Below, one piece after another: positions 11,560 through 22,299 of a DNA stretch of 64,000 nucleotides; position 1 is the first letter of the stretch; each line of letters begins with the position of its first letter. A program made the position numbers and the translations under genes. The notes under the pieces are model-generated. The model worked only from the letters and a program-made list of their open reading frames with translations. It searched no databases and was not told where the DNA came from. Source of the DNA: Tubulanus polymorphus (Eukaryota; Animalia; Nemertea); contig NC_134027.1 in the NCBI RefSeq assembly GCF_964204645.1, positions 496,001-560,000 on the forward strand. The letters are read 5' to 3'.

Positions 11560-11952
11560 ACACGACCACCGCCTAAAAAAACTAGAACAAAAAGGAAAAG
11601 AAAAGTTGCGGTCGTCGTGGCTCCGCAGGGAGGAGGAGCAAGAGTGGTCCCGGCGGATGGTGCGGCTGACGAAGGTAATCGGGAGGAAGGGGAGGGGATA
11701 AATAGGAAGCGGCCGAGGAGGGATGGTGGTGGGGCTGGGGATGGTGCGGGTCCTGCTCCTCCTGCTCCTCCATCCGTATCTCGGGCGGTCACTCGTTCAC
11801 TCGCCAAAAAGCTGGCGAGTGAACGAGTGGCCCGAGAGGTAGAGGTGGTGGCCCGACATACGGATGGAATGTGGGAGGAGCGGCTTCGTTCGGGGACAAT
11901 TCCGGATTTGTTAACTGATTTAAAAAATATTCTTTCAGTGAAGGGATATTAG
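11560..11952 (+). CDS. Gene A terminal exon f: TRPPPKKTRTKRKRK...AVTRSLAKKLASER...RLRSGTIPDLLTDLKNILSVKGY*; spliced a-f gives 275 aa of an unrecognised basic, Pro/Ser-rich protein
   Basis: tttttctctttacag acceptor, phase 0, in frame with ORF 11617-11952; NLS-like basic cluster; several paralogous copies on the minus strand. Confidence 0.75.
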   Translation, partial: TRPPPKKTRTKRKRKVAVVVAPQGGGARVVPADGAADEGNREEGEGINRKRPRRDGGGAGDGAGPAPPAPPSVSRAVTRSLAKKLASERVAREVEVVARHTDGMWEERLRSGTIPDLLTDLKNILSVKGY

Positions 11953-12006
11953 GTGCCTTGAACGCATGAGTCGTTCATGCGCGCCTAATATGCCTTCACT
12001 GAAAGA
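11931..12006. other. 26-bp-stem inverted repeat spanning the gene A stop codon
   Basis: TCTTTCAGTGAAGGGATATTAGGTGC ... GCGCCTAATATGCCTTCACTGAAAGA (24/26 complementary, one mismatch being G-U). Confidence 0.85.
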
Positions 12007-12384
12007 AAATCAACTATAACATGTACCACATATTTTTTGATTTAATTTTAGTCCAATTCCACAATTATTTCGGCTTTCAATAGTGTCTTCAATTCTTTAA
12101 AGCCCAAAGCACCTTTTTGACTCAACATCCAGTATGAAGGTGGTCGGGAATTGGGCCTGTTTTCTTCGATTTTTGTATCCCGCCCAGCATACTGGTTGTT
12201 GACTCGAAAAGGTGCTCGCTCTGGGAGCTTATCAAAGGCAGGTGATGGGAAAGGTGCCATCACACACTCTCCTTTGATAAGTTTCCTAGAGTGTCACGGG
12301 CTTTAACGGATTGAATTCACTATAATACCAATTTTCCAAAATCAATTTAATTTCTTTCAGGCCATTCTTTTTCCATGTTTTTCT

Positions 12385-12550
12385 GGTACATGTTATGGTT
12401 GATTTCCATTTTCGAAAATCCGGAATTGAAGCCGTTCGAAGTCGGGGGGATGGTGGTGGGGTTGGGTTAGTTTAGGGTTCCTCTCTGATTACCTTCTTTA
12501 GCTCATCATCCGTGCAGGTGGCGCTTGCTCTTCTAGCCGGTGTTCCCTGG
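12385..12550 (-). pseudogene. Degenerate convergent (tail-to-tail) copy of gene A terminal exon and 3' flank
   Basis: Minus strand reads ...gaaggtaatcagagagg...cttcg...caattccggattt...aaatcaaccataacatgtacc, similar to 11670-11910 and 12007-12028. Confidence 0.55.
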
Positions 12551-12559
12551 GGTAAACAT

Positions 12560-13190
12560 TTTAAATTAAAAAAATAAAAAATTTAAAAAAAATTATAAAA
12601 TCTTTAAAAATCTCATCTCATTTCATCCAATTTATTTATTTGCGGGTGCGATCCCTATCGCACCCATTCATGTCATTCATCCAAAAAAAATTAAAAACTA
12701 GAAAAGAAAAAAAAATATAAAAATTTAAAAAATCTCATCTCATTTCATCCAATTTATTTATTTGCGGGTGCGATTCCTATCGCACCCATTCATGTCATTC
12801 ATCCAAAAAAAATTAAAAAATTAAAAACAAAATAGAAAATTATAAAATCTTAAAAAATCTCATCTCATTTCATCCAATTTATTTGCGGGTGCGATTCCTA
12901 TCGCACCCATTCATGTCATTCATCCAAAAAAAATTATAAAAATTAAAAACAAAATAGAAAATTATAAAATCTTTAAAAATCTCATCTCATTTCATCCAAT
13001 TTATTTGCGGGTGCGATTCCTATCGCACCCATTCATGTCATTCATCCAAAAAAAATTAAAAACTAAAAAGGAAAAAAAATTATAAAAATTTAAAAAATGT
13101 CATCTCATTTCATCCAATTTATTTGCGGGTGCGATTCCTATCGCACCCATTCATGTCATTCATCCAAAAAAAATTTAAAAACTAGAAATT
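12560..13190. repeat. ~120-bp tandem repeat, 5 copies, each with a perfect GC-rich hairpin GGGTGCGAT-N4-ATCGCACCC in an A-rich context
   Basis: Hairpins at 12644, 12766, 12887, 13009 and 13127. Confidence 0.9.
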
Positions 13191-13380
13191 AAAGTTCTAA
13201 GTTTGTTGTTAGATTCTATTCAAAGAACGTTGTAAAGTTCTTAATTTGTCGTAAAAAACGTTTGAAAAAAAGAACTTCTTAAAGTTCTAAGTTTGTTGTT
13301 AGATTCTATTCAAAGAACGTTGTAAAGTTCTTAATTTGTCGTAAAAAACGTTTGAAAAAAAGAACTTCTTAAAGTTCTCA
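13190..13380. repeat. 90-bp tandem duplication
   Basis: taaagttctaagtttgttgttagattctattcaaagaacg... occurs twice. Confidence 0.9.
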
Positions 13381-13529
13381 ATCTGCCGTAAAATGCAATT
13401 GAAAAGATTATAACTCACATGAAAATTAAAATGATAAAATAATTGATAAATAATCATTAATAAAAATTGAACTTTGGTCTCGCAATGTTTCCCCGTTATG
13501 CATTTTTTACTCGTCGTCAAACATCCGCA

Positions 13530-14115
13530 GCTCATCGTCGATACTCGCAGCTCGATACACAACAGCAGTTCGTCGTCGATACACACCAGCAGTTCGATAC
13601 ACGCCAGCAGCTCGATACTCACCAGCAGCTCGTCGTCGATACACACCAGCAGTTCGTCGTCGATACACACCAGCAGTTCGTCGTCGATACAGACCAGCAG
13701 TTCGTCGTCGATACACACCAGCAGTTCGTTGTCGATACAAACCAGCAGTTCGATACTCACCAACAGCTCGATACACGCCAGCAGTTCGTCGTCGATACAC
13801 ACCAGCAGTTCGTCGTCGATACACACCAGCAGTTCGTCGTCGATACACACCAGCAGTTAGTCATCGATACACACCAGCAGTTCGTCGTCGATACACACCA
13901 GCAGCTCGATACACACCAGCAGTTCGTCGACACTCACCAGCAGCTCGTCGTCGATACACACCAGCAGTTCGTTGTCGATACACACCAGCAGTTCGATACT
14001 CACCAGCAGCTCGATACACACCAGCAGCTCGTCGATACTCACCAGCAGCTCGATACTCACCAGCAGCTCGTCGTCGATACACACCAGCAGCTCGATACAC
14101 ACCAGCAGCTTGATA
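13530..14115 (+). repeat. 18/21/24-bp tandem repeat (cagcagttc[gtc]0-2gatacacac); one + frame stays open as (DTHQQFVV)n
   Basis: All unit lengths are multiples of 3; ORF 13467-14138 spans the array; coding status is uncertain. Confidence 0.85.
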
Positions 14116-15089
14116 CCAAAACAGCTTTTAGCTGGTGAAAACCTACCCCCCCATCGGGGTTAAACATGATCAAGCTATTATTCTAGGAATATAACTGTTG
14201 CAAGGGAAGTTAAGATTCATTAACCTAAACTTGATACAAAGAGATTATTGCTAATTATGAATTTCAAGGGTTTAAAAACTGATTTAAAAATCTTGAAAGA
14301 CGCTCGGTCTCACTAGAGATTTTCATTTTAAAGATTTATTGTCCTCTTACTATTGTTTAGGTGATCTATAATTTGGTAAATGCTGCTGTTGGAAAGATGC
14401 CAGAAGAAAGTTGATTCATGCACATCTTCACTTCACGTATTTATTGCACAAGGCGCCGACTTGCACCTGCACTACACCATTCACACTTCATCACTTCTGC
14501 ATCTTTATCAATTAATTCTGGCATCTATTTGAAAATTACTTTAAACATCAGATCTCAAACTGAAACATTGAGGTATTGAATTTCAAACTGAAATATCGAG
14601 CTATCGAATCTCGATCTCAAATGTTTACTGGAAGCCATATTTGATGTTGTATTATTCATCATAGATTGTTTAGTGTTTTCTGGCATATGCGGGCCATTTA
14701 AGATGGTCAGATAAATTCCCCGGTGGAAAATATATCTCGTGGAAGAGTCATGGAAATGAAAAATATCTTATGTAGATGTGAAGTTAGGAACCTTGCAACA
14801 GTTATTCCACCTGAGGATAATTTGATATAAGATGAATCAGTTATTGGATCATTTAACTGAAGCCAAATATAGTGAAAAATCTTAGTACAAATTTGTCTCA
14901 AACTACAATTGAAAGGACTTATCACAGTTCTAATTCGACTCTAGGTGCGTTCAGAAGAACTTCTTAACAGTGAAAAAACTTGACTAAAAATCAGGAATCG
15001 ACCCTGTTCATTGATAAGATTTGATCTTTATTTGAAGATTAAGAATCAAACTCGCTAATTCACAATTTTTGGTAGTAAATACTGTTGAT

Positions 15090-15286
15090 CCATCATATTC
15101 GCAGCCCCCGTGGGCTTACCAATCCATCATACGTGCAGCCCCCTTGGGCTTACCAGTCTATCATACTCGCAGCCCCAGTGGGCTTATCAATCCATCATAC
15201 GTGCAGCCCCCTTGGGCTTACCAGTCTATCATACTCGCAGCCCCAGTGGGCTTACCAGTCCATCATACGTGCAGCCCCCTTGGGCT
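15090..15286. repeat. 34-bp minisatellite, ~6 copies, each with an AGCCC-N4-GGGCT mini-hairpin
   Basis: gcagccc recurs at 15101, 15135, 15169 and onward. Confidence 0.9.
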
Positions 15287-18109
15287 GAATTTGAATATTT
15301 GATACGCGACGCGCGTGATTGAAGCTTTGTTTATGTTCGTGCTTGCCGCGATGAATTGTCATAAATATATCCTCCGTACTGGAGGACCATGAAAAGGTTT
15401 GAAGGGATCCCTAGTTAGCGCCTGTCCAGGTTTGGCTCTGGACCCGCTTGTTCGACTAGACATCTTGTTGGAAATTTTGTCGACTGAAACTTTCGTAACT
15501 TTCGTTTTAGACCTCACTTAGAAACCGCCTTGTTCTTCTGCCGTAGATGTTGACTGTGTCGTACCCACAGTAGTATCATTTGAGATCTTCAAAGTCTCAT
15601 TAGCCATCTTAAATTCAAATAGTTTCGGACATTTGAGGTCCTCATCAACTCCGGGTCTTCATTCAACTGCAGTTACTGCCATTTGCCAGTGTCTGATGTA
15701 GAAGTGTCTGACTTGACATTTTGATTTTCAGAATTAAAACCTTTTTCTATTAAAGAAATTAGATATTGGTTAAAAAAAACGAGTGAATAATTGTTTGTAA
15801 GAAAAAAGAAAATCTTGTTAGAAAAAAATATAGATGTAAAAAAATATTGATGTAAGAAAAAAAAGTATATTGTAAATCGACGAGACAACAGAACCAGCAT
15901 CAGCAACAACAACATCAGAGGAAGCAGTAACCAGTTATTTATCAGCTCCATAAATTACTGAAATGAAATCCACAACTTGGAAACCAGACACACTCGACTC
16001 TAGAATTGTTTATACAACTGTCAACATGGAGTTCATCTCACAAGCAAATTAGGTAATTATCTTATGATTTTGTATGAAATGCTAATTTTACATTTTTGCA
16101 TTTTAGTTTTAATGAGTTTAAAATCACGTTTCATTTGTTGTTTATTTTATCGTTTCAGTTTTCAATTTGCCGAGATTAGTCGTCAGAAAACTGTTACAAT
16201 GGAAACTAAGATAACAAAAACTTGATTCGGCAAAGATTGAAGAAATCTTGCGAAGAGATTGTTCATAGAACTGTCAACATGGAGTTCATCTCCCAAGTAA
16301 ATTAGGTAATTATCTTATGAAATTGGATGAATTGCCGATTTTACATTTTTGCATTTCAAGTAGGTGTAATTGAATGTTTGTCAACCTAACTCTTATAAAA
16401 CTGTGTTAACCGTTGAACAGGATTCTAGAACTGTGCAGAAAACCCGTTATCGCTGCTTTGCAGCTATATTTATCTTATGATTTTGTATGAAATGCTAATT
16501 TTTGCATTTACGTTTAAATGAGTTTAAAATCACGTTTCATTTGTTGTTTATTTTGTCTTTTCAGTTTTCAATTTGCCGAGATCAGTGGTCAGAAAACTGT
16601 TACAACGGAAACTAATGTATCAAAGACTTGATTTGGCAAAGATTGAAGAAATCCTGCGAAAAGATTATCCATGAATTGTTCATACAACTGTCAACATGGA
16701 GTTCATCTCACAAGCAAATTAGGTAATTATCTCATGATTTTGTATGAAATGCTAATTTTTACATTTTTGCATTTAAGTTTAAATGAGTTTAAAATCACGT
16801 TTCATTTGTTTTTTATTTTGTCGTTTCAGTTTTCAATTTGCCGAGATTGGTCGTCAGAAAACTGTTACAATGGAAACTAAGATAACAAAAACTTGATTCG
16901 GCAAAGATTGAAGAAATCTTGCGAAGAGATTGTTCATAGAACTGTCAACATGGAGTTCATCTCACAAGCAAATTAGGTAATTATCTTATGAAATTGGATG
17001 AATTGCCGATTTTACATTTTTGCATATCAAGTAGGTGTAATTGAATGTTTGTCAACCTAACTCTTATAAAACTGTGTTAACCGTTGAACAGGATTCTAGA
17101 ACTGTGCAGAAAACCCGTTATCGCTGCTTTGCAGCTATATTTATCTTATGATTTTGTATGAAATGCTAATTTTTGCATTTACGTTTAAATGATTTTAAAA
17201 TCATGTTTCATTTGTTGTTTATTTTGTCTTTTCAGTTTTCAATTTGCCGAGATCAGTCGTCAGAAAACTGTTACAACGGAAACTAAGATATCAAAGACTT
17301 GATTTGGCAAAGATTGAAGAAATCCTGCGAAAAGATTATTCATGAATTGTTCATACAACTGTCAACATGGAGTTCATCTCACAAGCAAATTAGGTAATTA
17401 TCTCATGATTTTGTATGAAATGCTAATTTTTACATTTTTACATTTAAGTTTAAATGAGTTTAAAATCACGTTTCATTTGTTGTTTATTTTGTCTTTTCAG
17501 TTTTCAATTTGCCGAGATTAGTCGTCAGAAAACTGTTACAACAGAAACTAAGATATCAAAGACTTGATTTGGCAAAGATTGAAGAAATCCTGCGAAGAGA
17601 TTATTCATGAATTGTTCATACAACTGTCAACATGGAGTTCATCTCACAAGCAAATTAGGTAATTATCTCATGATTTTGTATGAAATGCTAATTTTTACAT
17701 TTTTACATTTAAGTTTAAATGAGTTTAAAATCACGTTTCATTTGTTGTTTATTTTGTCTTTTCAGTTTTCAATTTGCCGAGATCAGTCGTCAGAAAACTG
17801 TTACAACGGAAACTAATGTATCAAAGACTTGATTTGACAAAGATTGAAGAAATCCTGCGAAGAGATTATTCATGAATTGTTCATACAACTGTCAACATGG
17901 AGTTCATCTCACAAGCAAATTAGGTAATTATCTTATGATTTTGTATGAAATGCTAAATTTTACTCGTTATTTTTTTACTAATAAGTTGACTTTGAAATCT
18001 TTATTTATTTCTTGTTTATTTTGTCTTTTCAGTTTTGAATTTGCCAAGATTCACATGTAGCAGATATAATGGAATTAAGTATTGAGAACCGCAACTTAAC
18101 AATAAACCG

Positions 18110-18980
18110 GATCAACTTAATATAGTGCTGAGGACCAAAAATAAACAATAAACCCGACCAGTGTAATTCAGTGTCGAGAACCGCAGTTAAACGATGAACC
18201 CGACCAGTGTAATTCAGTGTTGAGAACCACAATTAAACGATGAACCGGACCAGTGTAATTCAGTGTCGAGAACCACAATTAAACGATGAACCTGACCAGT
18301 GTAATTCAGTGTCGAGAACTGCAATTAAATGATGAACCGGACCAGTATAATTCAGTGTCGAGAACCACAATTAAACGATGAACCGGACCAGTGTAATTCA
18401 GTGTCGAGAACCGCAATTAAACAATGAACCCGACCAGTGTAATTCAGTGTCGAGAACCGCAATTAAAGGATGAACCCGACCAGTGTAATTCAGTGTCGAG
18501 ACCAACAATTAAACGATAAACCCGACCAGTGTAATTCAGTGTCGAGGACCACAATTAAACGATGAACCGGACCAGTGTAATTCAGTGCTGAGAACCACAA
18601 TTAAACGATGAACCCGACCAGTGTAATTCAGTGTCGAGGACCACAATTAAACGATGAACCGGACCAGTGTAATTCAGTGCTGAGAACCACAATTAAACGA
18701 TGAACCCGACCAGTGTAATTCAGTGTCCAGAGCCGCAGTTAAACAATGAACCGGACCAGTGTAATTCAGTGTCGAGAACCGCAATTAAACGATGAACCGG
18801 ACCAGTGTAATTCAGGGTCGAGAACCGCGATTAAACGATGAACCGGACCAGTGTAATTCAGTGTCCAGAGCCGCAGTTAAACAATGAACCAGACCAGTGT
18901 AATTCAGTGTCGAGAACCGCGATTAAACGATGAACCGGACCAGTGTAATTCAGTTTCGTAATAACCGCAATTAAACGATT
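18110..18980. repeat. 46-bp minisatellite (gaccagtgtaattcagtgtcgagaaccrcaattaaacgatgaaccs), ~18 copies
   Basis: Period 46 (18156, 18202 and onward). Confidence 0.95.
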
Positions 18981-19149
18981 ATCTGGAGTTGTAATAGTGT
19001 TGTGTATTTGCGTAGTGGATCAAGTGGAAGGATTTTAAGTGTATTTGGTGACTTTAATTCGTTCGCATCCAACAGAATCAACAAAGACATTACAAAAAAC
19101 GACAAAAAATGATTGAATGTAAATGCATTGAATTTAGGTTTGTTGATCA

Positions 19150-20380
19150 AGATAATCACTGATCAAGATTGACAGTTATAATCCATAATTGTTGAACTTG
19201 ATCAGAGATTTTCAAGATCGATTTTAAGGTGATTCAGAAGTTTAAATCTGATGTTTTAATCTCTGGGACTCAGATATTAAATCAATAGATTTTTACTGCT
19301 GAATGATCTTCATGTACAGATGAGCTACAATTGTTCCTAGTGTGTTCTGTTAAGACTGATTAAAGGGTGGAAAAACTTGACTCAAATTCAAATTGAGTCG
19401 AGTTTTTCTAAGATAATCTCTGATCAAGATCGGCAGTTACCGGTATAATCCATAATTGTTGAACTTGATTGGTGATATTCAAGATCTGTTTTAAGGTGAT
19501 TCACAAGTTTAAATCTAATGTTTTAATCTCTGGGTTCCAGATATTAAATCAATAGATTTTTACTGCTGAATGACCTTCGTGTTCAGATAAGCTACAATTG
19601 TTCCTAGTGTGTTCTGTTAAGAAAGGGTGGAAAAACTTGACCCAAATTCAAATTGAGTCGAGTTTTTCCAAGATAATCTCTGATCAAGATCGGCAGTTAT
19701 AATCCATAATTGTTGAACTTGATTGGTGATTTTCAAGATCTGTTTTAAGGTGATTCACAAGTTTAAATCTAATGTTTTAATCTCTGGGTTCCAGATATTA
19801 AATCAATAGATTTTTACTGCTGAATGACCTTCGTGTTCAGATAAGCTACAATTGTTCCTAGTGTGTTCTGTTAAGAAAGGGTGGAAAAACTTGACCCAAA
19901 TTCAAATTGAGTCGAGTTTTTCCAAGATAATCTCTGATCAAGATCGGCAGTTATAATCCATAATTGTTGAACTTGATTGGAGATTTTCGAGAACTGTTTT
20001 TAAGGTGATTCAGAAGTGTGAATCTGATGTTTTAATCTCTGGGTTTCAGAGATTAAATAAATAGGTTTTTACTTCTGAATCACTTCGGGTTTAGGTAAGT
20101 TAAAGTGGTTCCTATTGTAATCTGTTAAACTGATTAAAGGGTGGAAAAACTTGATTCAAATTAATAATCTGAATCAAGTTTTCCAATGATAATCCGCGAT
20201 CAAGTTCGGCAGTTATAATTCATAACTGTTGAACTCAATTCACAATTAAATGAACTGTTTTTAAGGTGATTCAGAAGTATAAATCTGATGTTCTAATCTC
20301 TGGGTTTCAGAGATTAAATCAATAGGCTTTACTTCTGGATCACTGTTAGGTTTTGATAAGTTGTAAGTTGTTCCTATTGT
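19150..20380 (+). ncRNA. Tandem array (~255-262-bp unit, ~4.7 copies) with three stem-loops per unit; candidate hairpin-RNA / miRNA-like cluster
   Basis: Stems at 19154-19210, 19226-19310 and 19369-19408 recur in each unit; G-U pairs favour the + strand and there are compensatory changes between copies. Confidence 0.55.
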
Positions 20381-22299
20381 TTAAATGAATTGGTAGAAAT
20401 TCTATTTTTAGGTGACAGGTCAAATAGATTAGAGCAGTAATTTATGCAGAGGTTGAATTAATTTAATGTTTAATATACCAAAGAATGGTTTATTGTGAAG
20501 ATTTAATTAAAATCTTAAATAAAGAGTTGTTCAATTTCATAAATGTTTTGTTTTCGATGAAGTTTTTTCATTTTCTGGATTTGAGGAATTTGACTTTAAA
20601 TTCATCAGTGGATTGAGCACAGTTCTGTGGACACAGTTTTGGGACCGAGACCTGGAGACACAGCTCAAGACCCAGTTACAAGTTCAACTGGACTCCATCC
20701 CAAAAAACCCTGGGCCCTTCAAACCTTTAAGTAAGATGCTCACTTACAGATTCATAAAATTGACCCTTATTATCTTGTCATCTGCAGCACCATCTCAGAG
20801 GCTTAAACCAAGAATTTCTTGTAATGTTCAACAAATGTGAATTACATTAAGTAATTTTTGAGATCGACTTACACCTGAGTTTTTTCTAAATCACAGTCTA
20901 CTTATTTCATAGTCATCCACGATTTCATAGCTCTCTAACTATTCAACCCTTTCCCTGATGGGCCCTGGCCCCAATTGCTGAACCCAGTTCTTCAAGTCTA
21001 ATTTCTGGGTTTAGTGGTTTATCAGGAAATTATTGGATTAATTGGAAATATATCTAACAGTCATAATAAAGTTTAAAATTAATCATTTGACATATCGTAA
21101 TTGATTTTGTTCGCCACAACGCCTTTCTCAGCAGGATTATAGCATTTTACTTTCTATGGGTTTTTTAAAGGTAAGTTTTCAAAGGACAGAATGTCCGAAT
21201 ATACGTCCGGATCCGCCTTTATATGCCTCATTCCGATTCTGCTCATTTGCATATATTTTCAGCAAGTGGAAATCCCCGAATTCCAAGATGGCGGCGACCA
21301 TGATATATCAAATAACAACTATTTTGGGCCAAATCAACGCTTTCTCAAGACAAAATAATCCTGTTGGTTAGTTATATTTTTGATAATCGAATTTATTTGC
21401 AAAGTTAAAGTGAAGTTCCAATGACAGATAGAAACGTTGAAAGACTGGGGTAGATTGAAACATGCCCTAGCCACTGGCCACTATCATATGAACAGTCCTA
21501 AACTTTTTGATCCAACTGCACCAGTTAAGGTCACCGACTGTGTGGCCCTTATTTAACAATAATGTGTACATATAAGCACAAGGACCCCCAAACTGCAGTT
21601 GCTCTGTTGGTTTTAAATCTGTATATAGTCTTAGTCATTTTTGATCTTATCATCTGTTCTCCACCTTTTTGAGTGTGAGAGTTTTATAAACTGTTGTGAA
21701 GATTGAGGAAGTCGATAGAAAGAGATGAAAATTGTTAAAGTTGTTATCATGAAAATGACTGAGCTTACTATGTACAGTATATACGACCCAGAGGGACATG
21801 GCTTATTATGAGAAACATTGAGGTTTTCATGAAAGTTCATGAATTTTGCATGAAAGTACAATGTTGGAAAATATATCCCCTGTCACACTCCCTGATTCTT
21901 TTTCATTGCCCTCATTTCTCTGAAAGGCCCTTCAACTGAATCAGTCTCCAGTCGAAAAGGTTCCTCTTATAAGTTCAATTGTCTATAACTGATGATGTGA
22001 TGTGAAGAGTCTACAATTGAACAAATACCGCATTGAAATCAAATCTTCTCTATTTCAGGCATTACTTCTGGCATAAAACACTATTCAAGCAATGTAGGAG
22101 CATTTATAGGCGCAGCAGGAAGGAGGAGTTCAGGAGCAGCATCATATAGGAGTTGCACAGGAGCAGCATCATAGGAGTAGTGCAGGAGCAGTGAGAGCTT
22201 CATAGGAGCAGCAAGACCAGCATCATAGATAGGAACAGTAGCTGAAGGAATGAAACAAGATAAGTAGCATTTGAAATATAGAAAATAGAAAAGCTGTAG

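Larger units (their letters stand above)
15900..20545 (+). ncRNA. Putative spliced long non-coding transcript: 7 tandemly duplicated exon-intron units, then a long terminal exon with a 46-bp repeat, a hairpin array and AATAAA
   Basis: Donors ag|gtaatt at 16053, 16306, 16723, 16977, 17394, 17659, 17924; acceptors ending (t)ttcag at 16158, 16564, 16829, 17235, 17500, 17765, 18032; the 158-nt exon checked has stops in all three frames; AATAAA at ~20518 followed by T/GT-rich sequence. Confidence 0.45.

Noticed and set aside
12048-12263. 71-aa minus-strand ORF between the convergent terminal exons
   Set aside because: It looks somewhat protein-like but has no recognisable domain, paralog or splice evidence in this window.
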